NCBI GenBank assembly: GCA_002269645.1
Contig: NIVC01004564.1
Location: forward strand, 1-41,874
Direction of reading: 5' to 3'
Source of the DNA: Macrostomum lignano
Lineage: Eukaryota
Length of the DNA stretch: 41,874 nt
Made by a program: the position numbers and the translations under genes. The notes beneath the pieces were generated by a model. It saw nothing but the letters and a program-made list of their open reading frames with translations, was not told the DNA's origin and ran no database searches. Positions 10,917 through 21,759 of this stretch are shown one piece after another. How positions within the stretch are numbered: position 1 is the first letter of the stretch; the number at the start of each line of letters is the position of its first letter.

Positions 10917-11673
10917 CGTTTGCCTCCAAGAAGGACACCACCTCGAACAGCAGATCGTTGTCCTCGGCCGGGTAGGGCTTAGTGGGGTCCCTGTAGTGCT
11001 CGTGAATCTCCGCTAGCAGAGAGTCGTTTAACGCGCCAAGCACCGCGTGCATGCCCTTGGAGTTGAGCCGGGACGAGCGGCAGAGCTGGCCGGCCAGCTG
11101 GCGCCTCAGCAGCTGCAGCTGTCCAACTCTCAGCAGGCTGTCCGTCAGCTGCTGCAGCTGGCGTTGCAGCCGGCCGGCCGCTCCTGCCAACAGTTTGGCC
11201 GGCGGCTGTCCGGTAGGCAGCAGGCTGTCGAATGGGCGCATCAGGTCGGCTAGGCCGGTCAGCTGATCCACCGCCAGCTTGTCTTTAGTCACGTGACGCT
11301 GAAATTGCCTTAGCAAAGTCTGCAAAGCGCTGACCAGCATGAAGCTGAGCAGGCGGTCCAAGCCGGACAGGCCGAAACTGTCCAGCGCCGTTTCCATGGC
11401 GGCCCAGACGCGCGAGTTCAGGACCTCCTGGCGGGACTTGGCATCGTACCAGGCGGCCATCTGGTCAATGTAGATAGTCTGCTTGGGATCCGTGACGCGC
11501 AGCAGCTCAGTTGCTAAGCGACCAATAAAATTAACGGCCCGATCGCCGGCCGGGGGCGGGAATTTGGGGATCGGGATGGCCTTGGACTGGTAGACCGATT
11601 GGAAGTCCTGCACCTTCTCGCGCAGGAAGCTGTTGCACTCCTGCTCGACGTTGTAGTTGATAATGCGGCTCAC
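10917..11673 (-). CDS. WASHC5: WASHC5 exon 6
   Basis: Acceptor CTCAG|GTG; VSRIINYNVEQECNSFLR..IPIPKF..FIGRL..GLSGLDRLL..YPAEDNDLLFEVVSFLEAN; donor G|GTGAGG. Confidence 0.97.
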
Positions 11674-12244
11674 CTGAGGGTTAGGGGGATGCCGAGTACG
11701 GGATCAGCTTGTTAGTGGCGTTCCATGTATCGAATAAGAAAGAATAGAAGAAGAAGAAATGAAGTTTGTTTCATTAGGAGATGAGATTACCCAATAGCTA
11801 AAATTCGAATTAGTCTGTCTATCAGCCTGTCTGTCACAATCGGATTATATTCCTTGGTTTTAACAGTTAATAAGAAATTAATCCTTGTGTGAAAGCTTGG
11901 AAACCAAAAACTAGTACACTCGTATTTTTTAAGCAACGTCTTGGTACCTTGGTGCGTTTGTCAAAGTTGATTTGGTATAAAGTCTTGGCGGTCCCTAGTT
12001 GTCTGTGACAAAGAGAGCCAGAGACCAACTAAAAGCGGCGCTAAGAGCCAGAAAACCTTTTTTGGCCTGGTCCACCAAAATCTACGTAAAATGATGGTCC
12101 AGTTAAACCATGTTCACCTAAACATACATAGATAGCATTTAGCGCCTTCTCAGATTCAAGGAATAGCTAAACAATCTGATACCAGCGGACGGCACTGAGA
12201 ATAGTTTTGCTAGTTTGCTAGTGTGGTCTATCTAAGGCATTATC

Positions 12245-12608
12245 GAGGGGACCGTAGCCCACTTGTCTGGCGCGGTGCTCTGATGTGCCAGCGGCCCAGG
12301 CTCGATTCCAAGTGCAGTCATTAATTTGGGGCTGAATTGGAATCTCGGCTTGGCTCTGCTCGTGCAATCAACGGCCTTGAGGGCCGACCCCCAAGGCACA
12401 GTGAAGTGTACATGCCTAACGATAAATAAAGTTAGGGCCGCTGTACACTCCTGTGTGAGTGTGTGCCTGTGCGTATGACTGCGTACGTATCCGCGCTTGT
12501 GTGCCTGCTCAGGGGAGTCAGCGGAATGGGCAGCAATGCCTCTCGCCGGTTGTGTGACAATTTCACTTAAAGTGCGCCATCTGGGTGCACACATCCCCCT
12601 GCATCTAA
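12245..12608 (+). mobile_element. tRNA-derived SINE, full length, with 12-bp target-site duplication (WASHC5 intron 5)
   Basis: Head GGGACCGTAGCCCACTTG (A-box-like) and GGCTCGATTCC (B-box-like). Flanked by TAAGGCATTATC at 12233-12244 and 12609-12620. The body recurs inverted at 14790-15080. Confidence 0.85.
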
Positions 12609-12757
12609 TAAGGCATTATCAAATAAACAGTCCATCTAAACAAACGTACACTGGTATGCGTTCTTGTGTGTCCGTGTCTATCTATGTGCCTTAGCGTCTT
12701 TCTGTCCTGATGTCTAAGTGGTAAATTCTAATCAAGCACCAAATAGAGTCCCAGTAC

Positions 12758-13201
12758 CTCCTCCTGCCAGATCTTCAGCCCGTAGATATTGACATAGTCC
12801 TGAATGTACTCAAATGACCGCCTGAAGCCGTCCATGCGCTCGCCTAGCGCCACCAGCCGGGCCTGCAGCTCATTAGCTCTGCCAGCCTTCGGATTAGCCG
12901 GGAAGATGAGCGCCTCGTGCAGAGCGAAAGCCACCTGCGCAACCAGCTCCTTCCTAATTCCGTCCTCCAGCAGCTTCTGCGGGTCCAGCTTCACAATGCC
13001 GACTAGGGTGGTCTTCATCGCCAGGATGCCCTCGCTGAATGTAGAAATCTCGTGGGTGAGCTGTGACACCTGGTAGCGCTCCTCCAGCATGCCGTAGTCC
13101 TTCACCTTGTCCTTGTCCAGCCGGGTTGGCAGCTCCTTCAGCTTGTGCGTCTGGATGCTGATGATCTCCGCTAGGCGCTTGAACATGGTCTTGGGGATCA
13201 C
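12758..13201 (-). CDS. WASHC5: WASHC5 exon 5
   Basis: CCCAG|GTG..GAG|GTACTG, 444 nt, phase 0-0; [59 protein letters not shown] is nearly identical to vertebrate strumpellin. Confidence 0.97.
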
Positions 13202-13235
13202 CTGGGAGTGGAGGGGCTCACTGCTGTCAGACATG

Positions 13236-14040
13236 GGCTAGGTTAGCAATCCATTCTATTCCTTTATCCATTTTGGCTAGGTTAGCAATCCATTCTATTC
13301 CTTTATCCATTTTGGCTAGATTAGTAATCCATTTTAATCCTTTATCCATGTTGGCTAGGTTAGCAATCCATTCTATTCCTTTATCCATTTTGGCTAGGTT
13401 AGCAATCCATTCTATTCCTTTATCCATATTGGCTAGGTTAGCAATCCATTCTAATCCTTTATCCATATTGGCTAGATTAGTAATCCATTTTAATCCTTTA
13501 TCCATGTTGGCTAGATTAGCAATCCATTCTATTCCTTTATCCATATTGGCTAGGTTAGCAATCCATTCTAATCCTTTATCCATATTGGCTAGATTAGTAA
13601 TCCATTTTAATCCTTTATCCATGTTGGCTAGGTTAGCAATCCATTCTATTCCTTTATCCATATTGGCTAGATTAGTAATCCATTTTAATCCTTTATCCAT
13701 GTTGGCTAGATTAGCAATCCATTCTAATCCTTTATCCATTTTGACTAGATTATCATACCAAACCATTCAAATCCCTTATTCATGTTGGCTAGATAAGCAA
13801 TCCTATATAATAAAATCCAATCTAATCTTTTATCCATGTTGGCTAGATTAGCAATCCATTCTAATCCCTTATTCATGTTGGCTAGATAAGCAATCCTATA
13901 TAATAAAATCCAATCTAATCTTTTATCCATGTTGGCTAGATTAGCAATCCATTCTAATCCCTTATTCATGTTGGCTAGATAAGCAATCCTATATAATAAA
14001 ATCCAATCTAATCTTTTATCCATTTTGGCTAGATTAGCAA
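13236..14040. repeat. 39-bp minisatellite TGGCTAGGTTAGCAATCCATTCTATTCCTTTATCCATTT, becoming a 39+54 = 93-bp higher-order unit after ~13760 (WASHC5 intron 4)
   Basis: Tandem copies; the 13-aa and 31-aa periodicity of the spurious ORFs confirms the unit sizes. Confidence 0.95.
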
Positions 14041-14166
14041 TCCAGTATATTACCTCATTTATGATAGATTAGAACTCGATTCTATTTCAATAAATAAATG
14101 ATACTCGTAACTTAACTAGTTGCTAGAAAAATCTAAATAGACTAATATCAAGGCGCTAAGGCTCAC

Positions 14167-14604
14167 CTGAAGCACCTTACGAACATAGGTGACTAACTCG
14201 GCAGAATAGTACTGGCTAACGCTAGCCAGATCAGGACTATTAGCCTGGCTAATTCTCAACAGCGGCTGCTCCATAGCAGTGGCCAGCTTGAGAAACATGG
14301 CCTTGAGCTGGATAGTAATGCGGGGGTTGCGCTGTATGCCGACCTGCATAAAGTTAGTGTAGGTGTCAATAATGACCCAGGCGTAGCTCAGGTCGGCCAC
14401 AATGTCCAGATGGAGCAGCACCTCCTCTTTAACGTTGATGATGCGCATCATCTGGTAGAGCTTGGCGCAGGTCTCCTGCAGGAATTGCACAACCTGCATG
14501 TTGGCGTCCAGCTGATGAAATTCTTGAACCTCGCGCAGCGCCTGCATCAGCTGGTCGACTTTCCGACCGGATTCGGTGGCGTTAGCGAAGTCCAGCTTGT
14601 CCAC
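14167..14604 (-). CDS. WASHC5: WASHC5 exon 4
   Basis: CGCAG|GTG..CAG|GTGAGC, 438 nt, phase 0-0; [57 protein letters not shown]. Confidence 0.97.
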
Positions 14605-14672
14605 CTGCGAGCAACAGCAGTGTTTGCGCTTTCAGAACTGCTTTAAAGATTTTACCTTCCCTGACAGAGAGC

Positions 14673-14735
14673 GCCACCTCAGATAGCGCCATCTTAGACA
14701 GCACCAGCTCAGGTAGCGCCACCTTAGCGCCATCA
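14673..14735. repeat. Short degenerate 15-bp repeat AGCGCCACCTCAGAT, x4-5
   Basis: Imperfect tandem copies in WASHC5 intron 3. Confidence 0.55.
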
Positions 14736-14789
14736 AGAATCAAGCTAACCTTGGTAGATAGGGCTATTTTGGCCACTATTTTTTTCAGT

Positions 14790-15218
14790 TAGCGACAGAG
14801 GGGCTGTGTGCACCCAGATGGCGCACTTTAAGCGACATTGTCACACAACCGACGAGAGGCAATAATGCCCATTCCGCCGACTCCCCTGAGCAGGCACACA
14901 AGCACGCGGATACGTACGCAGTCATACGCACAGGCACACACTCACACAGGAGTGTACAGCGGCCCTAACTTTATTTATCGTTAGGCATGTACACTTCACT
15001 GTGCCTTGGGGGTTGGCCCTTAAGGACGTTAATTGCACGAGCAGAGCCAAGCCAAGATTCCAATTTAGCCCCAAATTAATGTGAATGCAATAATTTAATT
15101 AGTTTAATTTTTCTTATTAGTCTAGTTTATTTAATTTAATTTAATTAATTTAATTTGTAATGAGCCTGGGTAACTGGCACATCAGAGCACCGCGCTGGAC
15201 CACTGAGCTACGGCCCCC
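14790..15218 (-). mobile_element. Second copy of the same tRNA-derived SINE, inverted, with an AT-rich insertion replacing its B-box (WASHC5 intron 3)
   Basis: The reverse complement begins GGGGCCGTAGCTCAGTGGTCCAGCGCGGTGCTCTGATGTGCCAG (tRNA-like A-box TAGCTCAGTGG). Its body matches 12330-12595 at roughly 94% by eye, including ~109 identical nt. A TAATT-rich insert occupies ~15085-15158. Confidence 0.85.
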
Positions 15219-15323
15219 TACAGCGCCACCATGGATGGCGCCATCAAATGCGAAGCGCCGCTCAAAAGCAGCTGCTTCAAGTATGACCAGATCCACCAAT
15301 ATATTCATAGTGAAGATTATTAC

Positions 15324-15481
15324 CTGAGCGGCCAAATTGGCGAACCAATCCTGCAGTTTGGCGTTGGCAGCCACCCTCGTTAGGGGTTTGGTGCCGCTAA
15401 ACACGTCGCTGAGCTCGCGCAATCGTTCAGAGCACTCCACCTTTAAAGCCTCCCAGGTGTCCGCCTTGCGGCTGAGTATGC
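15324..15481 (-). CDS. WASHC5: WASHC5 exon 3
   Basis: CACAG|GC..CAG|GTAATA; ILSRKADTWEALKVECSERLRELSDVFSGTKPLTRVAANAKLQDWF (human [30 protein letters not shown], recalled). Confidence 0.95.
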
Positions 15482-15567
15482 CTGTGTATGTATGCATGAG
15501 TCTGATTAAATCAGATTTTCACGTCCGGTAACCACACGTTTCCGTCAACTCTTAAGATCTTTCAGTC

Positions 15568-16431
15568 CTGCCCCGCTCTCTCCGATTCCTGTCCCACTCT
15601 CTCTCTCTGTTTCCTGTCCCGCTCTCTCCGGTTCCTGTCCCACTCTCTTCCCACTCTCTCTGTTTCCTGTCCCACTCTCTCTGGTCCCTGTCCCACTCTC
15701 TCTGTTTCCTGTCCCACTCTCTCTGTTTCCTGTCCCGCTCTCTCCGTTTCCTGTCCCACTCTCTCTGTTTCCTGTCCCACTCTCTCTGTTTCCTGTCCCG
15801 CTCTCTCCGTTTCCTGTCCCACTCTCTCTGTTTCCTGTCCCACTCTCTCCGGTTCCTGTCCCACTCTCTCTGCTTCCTGTCCCGCTCTCTCCGGTTCCTG
15901 TCCCGCTCTCTCTGTTTCCTGTCCCGCTCTCTCCGGTTCCTGTCCCGCTCTCTCTGTTTCCTGTCCCGCTCTCTCTGTTTCCTGTCCCACTCTCTCTGTT
16001 TCCTGTCCCACTCTCTTCCCACTCTCTCTGTTTCCTGTCCCACTCTCTCCGGTTCCTGTCCCACTCTCTCTGTTTCCTGTCCCACTCTCTCTGTTTCCTG
16101 TCCCACTCTCTCTGTTTCCTATCCCACTCTCTCCGGTTCCTGTCCCACTCTCTCCGGTTCCTGTCCCACTCTCTCTGTTTCCTGTCCCGCTCTCTCCGTT
16201 TCCTGTCCCACTCTCTCCGTTTCCTGTCCCGCTTCCTCCGTTTCCTGTCCCGCTCTCTCTGTTTCCTGTCCCGCTCTCTCCGGTTCCTGTCCCACTCTCT
16301 CCGGTTCCTGTCCCGCTTCCTCCGTTTCCTGTCCCGCTCTCTCCGGTTCCTGTCCCGCTTCCTCCGTTTCCTGTCCCGCTCTCTCCGGTTCCTGTCCCGC
16401 TTCCTCCGTTTCCTGTCCCGCTCTCTCCGTT
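15568..16431. repeat. 21-bp pyrimidine-rich minisatellite TCCTGTCCCACTCTCTCTGTT (WASHC5 intron 2)
   Basis: About 40 tandem copies; source of the EWDRKQR and GTGNRES ORFs. Confidence 0.96.
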
Positions 16432-16543
16432 TACGCAGAATGCCCTGTATTACCTCATCCCAATCAAAGGTTATCTGCAATTCTTTCTCTATAAGCTGGT
16501 TTCTTAGCCCTAGTTTGAGTTCAAAGTTCTGTCGGGCACTAAC

Positions 16544-16856
16544 CAGTGAAAACCTCCTTAAGCCGGAACTCAAACTGAGCAGTCAGCAGCAACAGCTGGA
16601 ACAGCTGCTCGCCATTGAACCGACTGTCGGACAGCACCGAGTCGCGCAGCTGCTTGCACAGCCGGCTTCGCTCCTGCGGCGGAGACAACGGAGTCGTGTG
16701 CAACATCAGCCAGCGAAGCGTCACATTGCAATCTCGGGCCGCATTGAGCAGCTGTGGAATCCGGTCCAACACCAGATTCTCAACCAGAACGCCTTCCTTT
16801 AATAAGTCGGCAGTGCGGGCAAGCAGCTCGCCGACTTTGGCGCCGTGCATAGCGGC
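16544..16856 (-). CDS. WASHC5: WASHC5 exon 2
   Basis: CGCAG|GCC..G|GTTAGT; LLKEGVLVENLVLDRIPQLLNAARDCNVTLRWLMLHT..LFQLLLLTAQFEFRLKE. Confidence 0.95.
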
Positions 16857-16974
16857 CTGCGTATTGTTCAGTTTGAATGGCTTTCCGTTAGTGTCGGGTT
16901 GGAAAAGTACAGCAGATACTTTTATTTTACACCAATACACCCAAAGCGACATCAGCAACCAATTCATCTAGGCA

Positions 16975-17182
16975 ACATCAGTGACCAATAAACTCAAGCA
17001 GCATCAGTGACCAATAAACCCAAAGCAGCATCAGTGACCAATATAGCAACATCAGTGACCAATAAACTCAAAGCAGCATCAGTGACCAATATAGCAACAT
17101 CAGTGACCAATACACATCTCGTACGTAAAACCAGTGACCAAAATATTAATAAATTGATAGCAAAATCGGTGACCAATAAATC
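16975..17182. repeat. Alternating 27/21-bp repeat built on GCATCAGTGACCAATA (WASHC5 intron 1)
   Basis: About 8 copies of the CAGTGACCAATA core. Confidence 0.85.
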
Positions 17183-17224
17183 AACCTTATGTTTATTTAA
17201 ATCAGCTGATTCTAAAAAACCCAC

Positions 17225-18199
17225 CTGCCGCTTAGCATTAGGCAGCGCAATGGAATTAGCGAGAGCCTTCGCCGCCGCCTTGTACGGCTGCCAGGCCTCG
17301 GCCAAGTTGACCAGCATGCCCATGTGCAGCGACAGTACCCAATTATCCGGAAAGAATTTGTCAACAATTTCTCGCATTTTCGCCTCCTCCAGGTGCAGCA
17401 GATCTGGACTAAAGTACAAACAGACGTATAGCATAGCAGCCTGGTGAGCCAGGGCGGTGCTCCGGTGCTCGGGAAAGGGGAACGAAGCCACCATGCTGTA
17501 CACATCGTCAGACCTCAGCCTATCAATGACCATCTGTACGAATCGGGGGTTAATCGGCACCCGGCTAAAATAACTCTCCGGATATTTGGCCGGCCGGCGG
17601 GCGTGCGGCGAGCTCGGATCGTACTCTGTACTGCGCAGCAGCTTGCACACGTCATCAATTTGAGTGCTGCTCCCGCTGGAGTGCCTGTAGTAAGCTACTA
17701 GCAGGCGTTCGCGCAACGGACCGGGAAATTTGGCCTCCACAGTCAGTAGCATGATGCCGTATAAGGCTAGCGATTCGCATAGCAACTGTTTGCCCTCCGG
17801 GTTAAGCAGCACAGTCTCCAGCATCTGCTGCACGTAGATACCATTCTCCAGGTCGCTCAGGTAAGTATTCAGCTTAATAACATAGCTATAGACGCTTTCA
17901 AATGTCTTATAGAACCGAGTCAATATCTCCAGGTGATTCTCGCGGAACTCCTCATCTAAGTCTTGCAATTCGGCTCGGGATTGAATTTTGTTTTCAAAGA
18001 ATTCCGGAGTGCGCAGATATTCGAAATCGAATATGATCTCGTGATAGCGCTGGCTCTCCGCATTAGTCTCCTGCTTGAAAGCGTTCGGCACAAATGCTGA
18101 CAGGTTTAACAGTTCCGAGATGATGCTGGAACCGCTGGATACAATTTTGAGCAGATTCCTGCCGCACAGATTACCCTCAGCTAGGAAGTCGCTCATCAT
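17225..18199 (-). CDS. WASHC5: WASHC5 exon 1
   Basis: ATG at 18199/18196; [70 protein letters not shown] matches the strumpellin N-terminus; donor CAG|GTGGGT. The eight exons total 3516 nt = 1171 aa + stop, with consistent phases. Confidence 0.98.
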
Positions 18200-18463
18200 G
18201 CATTTAATTGCTTTTTTAATCATCTTTCTTAAATAATTTACACTCCTTTTTACTAACAGTAGCAGGTTGATAAACGATCCTGTCCATTTGAGTTTTTTAT
18301 ACACTAATTTTCTTTTATTCTTACCGTCAGTAGGCGGAGATGCACACAATTTTATTACTAGCTATTGATTTCACCTGACTCTAATTTTTGTATTGGAGAA
18401 TTATCATTGTAAAACTGGATGGACATTCTAGGCTCTTTACTACTCTTAGCTTATGTACAATAA

Positions 18464-19778
18464 GGGAGAGGTTTCATCTTTCCGAAACGTCATATCTCCG
18501 ACACTTCAGCTGAGCAGCCTCGTTCACAACTCCGAAACTTCATATCTGCGTTAGGGATAGGATTAGGGTTAAGTTTGTCGGATTGAAGTTTCAGGGTATG
18601 ATGTGTCAGAGATATGAAGTGTCGGAGATATGGAGTGTCGGAGATATGGAGTGTCGGGGGAGATATGAAGTGTCGGAGATATGAAGTGTCGGAGATATGG
18701 AATGTCAGAGATATGAAGTGTCGGAGATATGGAGTGTCGGAGATATGAAGTGTCGGAGATATGAAGTGTCGGAGATATGAAGTGTCGGAGATATGGAGTG
18801 TCGGAGATATGAAGTGTCGGAGATATGGAGTGTCGGAGATATGAAGTGTCGGAGATATGAAGTTTTAGAGATATGAAGTGTCGGAGATATGAAGTGTCGG
18901 AGATATGAAGTGTCGGAGATATGAAGTGTCGGATATATGAAATTTTAGAGATATGAAGTGTCGGAGATATGAAGTGTCGGAGATATGGAGTGTCGGAGAT
19001 ATGAAGTGTCGGAGATATGGAGTGTCGGAGATATGAAGTGTCGGAGATATGAAGTTTTAGAGATATGAAGTGTCGGAGATATGAAGTGTCGGAGATATGA
19101 AGTGTCGGAGATATGGAGTGTCGGAGATATGGAGTGTCGGACATATGAAGTGTCGGAGATATGAAGTGTCGGACATATGAAGTGTCGGAGATATGAAGTG
19201 TCGGAGATATGAAGTGTCGGAGATGTGAAGCGTCGGAGATATGGAATGTCGGAGATATGAAGTGTCGGAGATATGAAGTGTCGGAGATATGAAGTGTCGG
19301 AGATATGAAGTGTCGGAGATATGAAGTGTCGGAGATATGGAGTGTCGGAGATATGAAGTGTCGGAGATATGGAGTGTCGGAGATATGAAGTGTCGGACAT
19401 ATGAAGTGTCGGAGATATGGAGTGTCGGAGATATAAAGTGTCGGAGATATGGAATGTCGGAGATATGTGTCGGAGATATGAAGTGTCGGAGATATGATGT
19501 GTCGGATATATGAAGTGTCGGAGATATGAAGTGTCGGAGATATGAAGTGTCGGAGATATGAAGTGTCGGAGATATGAAGTTTTAGAGATATGAAGTGTCG
19601 GAGATATGAAGTGTCGGAGATATGAAGTGTCGGAGATATGAAGTGTCGGAGATATGAAGTGTCGGAGATATGAAGTGTCGGAGATATGAAGTTTTAGAGA
19701 TATGAAGTGTCGGAGATATGAAGTGTCGGAGATATGAAGTGTCGGAGATATGATGTGTCGGATATATGAAAGCATCCC
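18464..19778. mobile_element. Mutator/foldback-like non-autonomous element whose right-arm 16-mer subrepeat (GTGTCGGAGATATGAA) has expanded to ~75 copies
   Basis: Termini GGGAGAGGTTTCATCTTTCCGA and TCGGATATATGAAAGCATCCC are imperfect inverted repeats. Flanks TGTACAATAA (18454-18463) and TGTACAATTA (19779-19788) match 9/10. The left arm carries the 16-mer in reverse orientation (CATATCTCCGACACTTCA). Central TTAGGGATAGGATTAGGGTTAAG. Confidence 0.7.
18580..19770. repeat. 16-bp minisatellite GTGTCGGAGATATGAA
   Basis: Continuous tandem copies; source of the ISPTLHISDTSYLRHF ORFs. Confidence 0.97.
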
Positions 19779-20426
19779 TGTACAATTACGCAGTCTTAAA
19801 AGTTTAAAACATTAATTACGTAATATTTTAGGGCACTTGTCACACTTCCAACTGATATATTGCATACTTGGGGCGGTGTTATAATACAGTGTTATAATGA
19901 TCTCAAGCAAAATCTGGATATGTTTAGATAATAGACACTGCGCAGGTCTCTATATTTAGTAACAAGTCTCAGAAAATACTAATGATAAAAGATCAAAAAT
20001 AAATAAAGAGTTTCTAATATATATTTTCATATCAAAGATCCGTGATGTCTAGTTGTAGGATAGCTCTGCGAATTAAAAAGTAATTGTCAGAAAACAGCAA
20101 AAAAGGCACATTAATAAACAGCTTTTAAAAAAAAAAAAAGCTAAATAAATCTAACTTAGACTGACAGTCAAAAGTGCTTTGAATTACAATAGATTTGCAA
20201 GTTTTTTGTTTATCTCTCAATCTAAAATAAATTAAAATTGTAAATTTTACCAACACAACATCGGAGTATAAAATTATGACAGCAATATTTGAAAGGGCAT
20301 CAGATATGTCAACTGGAATGATTTCAGTTTAAAAAAAAGAAAATAGCAAACCCACAGAGTCGAACTAAAATGCGCACCTACTACTACCAACAGACAAGTA
20401 GTATAGATACAAGTCCTCTGTCCTCA

Positions 20427-20783
20427 TCACCTGTCGCAGCAGCCGAGGGCGTCGCTATTAGTGAGCAGATTAACCATGGGCTCAGCCAGGCTGAGCAGCC
20501 GGAACGGTGGGTGCTGAGCAATCTGCCTGGCATGCGGTAGGCTGTCGGTGATCCAGAAGTGCTCAAATAGGCCCTGACCGTCGGTAAATCGGCGCCACGA
20601 TTCGCGAGGAAACACAGCGTGCGGAACGAAAGCGCTGACAGCGCTGGCGCCAAGAGATTTCAGGGCGGCGGCGCACTGAATCAGAGTGCCGCCTGTCTGC
20701 ACCAGGTCGTCAACTATCACCACGTGGCGACCGGCTGGGGAGCCTTCCTTGACGCGGATAACTCGGCTGTCGCCGTCGCGGAC
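20427..20783 (-). CDS. Ribose-phosphate pyrophosphokinase, plant-type class II (PRS3/PRS4-like), last exon
   Basis: AAAAG|GTC; VRDGDSRVIRVKEGSPAGRHVVIVDDLVQTGGTLIQC..SAFVPHAVFPRESWRRF..FWITDSLP..FRLLSLA; contains the PRPP-binding loop. Phase 0 agrees with the previous exon. Confidence 0.9.
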   Translation of the reverse strand, partial: VRDGDSRVIRVKEGSPAGRHVVIVDDLVQTGGTLIQCAAALKSLGASAVSAFVPHAVFPRESWRRFTDGQGLFEHFWITDSLPHARQIAQHPPFRLLSLAEPMVNLLTNSDALGCCDR

Positions 20784-20844
20784 CTTTTAAACATGAATGG
20801 GGGAGAGAATGCAGGGCTTTTGGGGCAACCAATCTGAATAAATG

Positions 20845-21255
20845 AGGTGGTGAGTGCTGTAGGGTGGTTGGTACTGTGGGGTGGTGGGTGCTGTAGGGTG
20901 GTTGGTACTGTGGGGTGGTGGGTGCTGTAGGGTGGTTGGTACTGTGTGGTGGTGGGTGCTGTAGGGTGGTTGGTACTGTGGGGTGGTGGGTGCTGTAGGG
21001 TGGTTGGTACTGTGGGGTGGTGGGTGCTGTAGGGTGGTTGGTACTGTGTGGTGGTGGGTGCTGTAGGGTGGTTGGTACTGTGGGGTGGTGGGTGCTGTAG
21101 GGTGGTTGGTACTGTGGGGTGGTGGGTGCTGTAGGGTGGTTGGTACTGTGGGGTGGTGGGTGCTGTAGGGTGGTTGGTACTGTGTGGTGGTGGGTGCTGT
21201 GGTTGGTGGGTGTTGTGGGGTGGTGGGTGCTGTGGGGTGGTGGGTGCTGTGGGGT
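20845..21255. repeat. 34-bp G-rich minisatellite GTGGTGGGTGCTGTAGGGTGGTTGGTACTGTGGG (PRS intron)
   Basis: About 11 tandem copies. Confidence 0.95.
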
Positions 21256-21300
21256 TGGTGTTGTTTCTATACCAATTAGAAAATCAGGTAATGCGAATAC

Positions 21301-21699
21301 CTTCAGGCAGGTGATGAGATCGTCGGCGTGTTCAGGCACGCTAAATGACAGATGAAATCGCTTAAACGCGCCCTCGTCGGGAAAGGCGATTGCTAGGCCA
21401 GGCTGGGCTCTGCGCAGGTCATAGAGCTGCGGATAGAGCAGGCTCATAGCACTGGCTAGCAGCGGCACAACGCAATCGGTGAAGTAGAACCGCTCCTGCA
21501 GCGCGTGAATGTCGTACACAACCAGCTGGCAGGGACCGTGGCGTGTTAAGGGTGTAGAGTTGAGTAGCCTGGCTACGGACATCGCCGTGGCCACTTGACC
21601 TTCACGATCTACGCGCTCCATGGTGCCGCATGGAAAATAGGGCAACAAAAGGGTCAGCGAGCGGACAAAATAGCGAGGCAGACTGTGGATTAGCGACAC
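21301..21699 (-). CDS. Class II ribose-phosphate pyrophosphokinase, middle exon
   Basis: CGCAG|GTG..AAG|GTATTC, 399 nt; [47 protein letters not shown] matches Arabidopsis PRS4 motifs ([44 protein letters not shown]; recalled). Confidence 0.93.
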
Positions 21700-21759
21700 C
21701 TGCGGGCGGCAAGCGATAAGGAATTTTAGTGAGGTTGACAAATTGGAGTTCATTAGTTT

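Noticed and set aside
12245-12320. tRNA genes at the SINE heads (also 15160-15218 and 38200-38266)
   Set aside because: A/B boxes are present, but there is no complete cloverleaf or acceptor stem, and each continues into a repeat body, so they are SINEs.
13227-14023. ORFs with MDKGLEWIANLAN repeats that look like a repeat protein
   Set aside because: The 39-bp unit is a multiple of 3 and happens to be stop-free. It lies inside WASHC5 intron 4, between exons whose junction is fixed by homology.
15545-16573. 342-aa RDRKRRE/ESGTG ORF resembling an RS/RD-rich splicing factor
   Set aside because: It is a translation of the 21-bp intronic minisatellite.
18197-18212. CAATTAAATGCATG just before the WASHC5 start resembles the 3' end of a flatworm spliced leader as I recall it (..CAATTTATTGCATG)
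   Set aside because: It is a short AT-rich match to a sequence recalled from memory, with no upstream SL similarity and no Sm site; chance is sufficient.
16994-18349. 451-aa ORF taken as the complete protein, with a start at 18349
   Set aside because: Homology begins at [12 protein letters not shown] (18199/18196) and ends at the donor at 17225; both extensions are UTR or intron.
18551-18573. TTAGGG-like motifs as an interstitial telomere (also ~9668-9710)
   Set aside because: Only two or three degenerate units; better explained as part of the transposon core or of local repeats.
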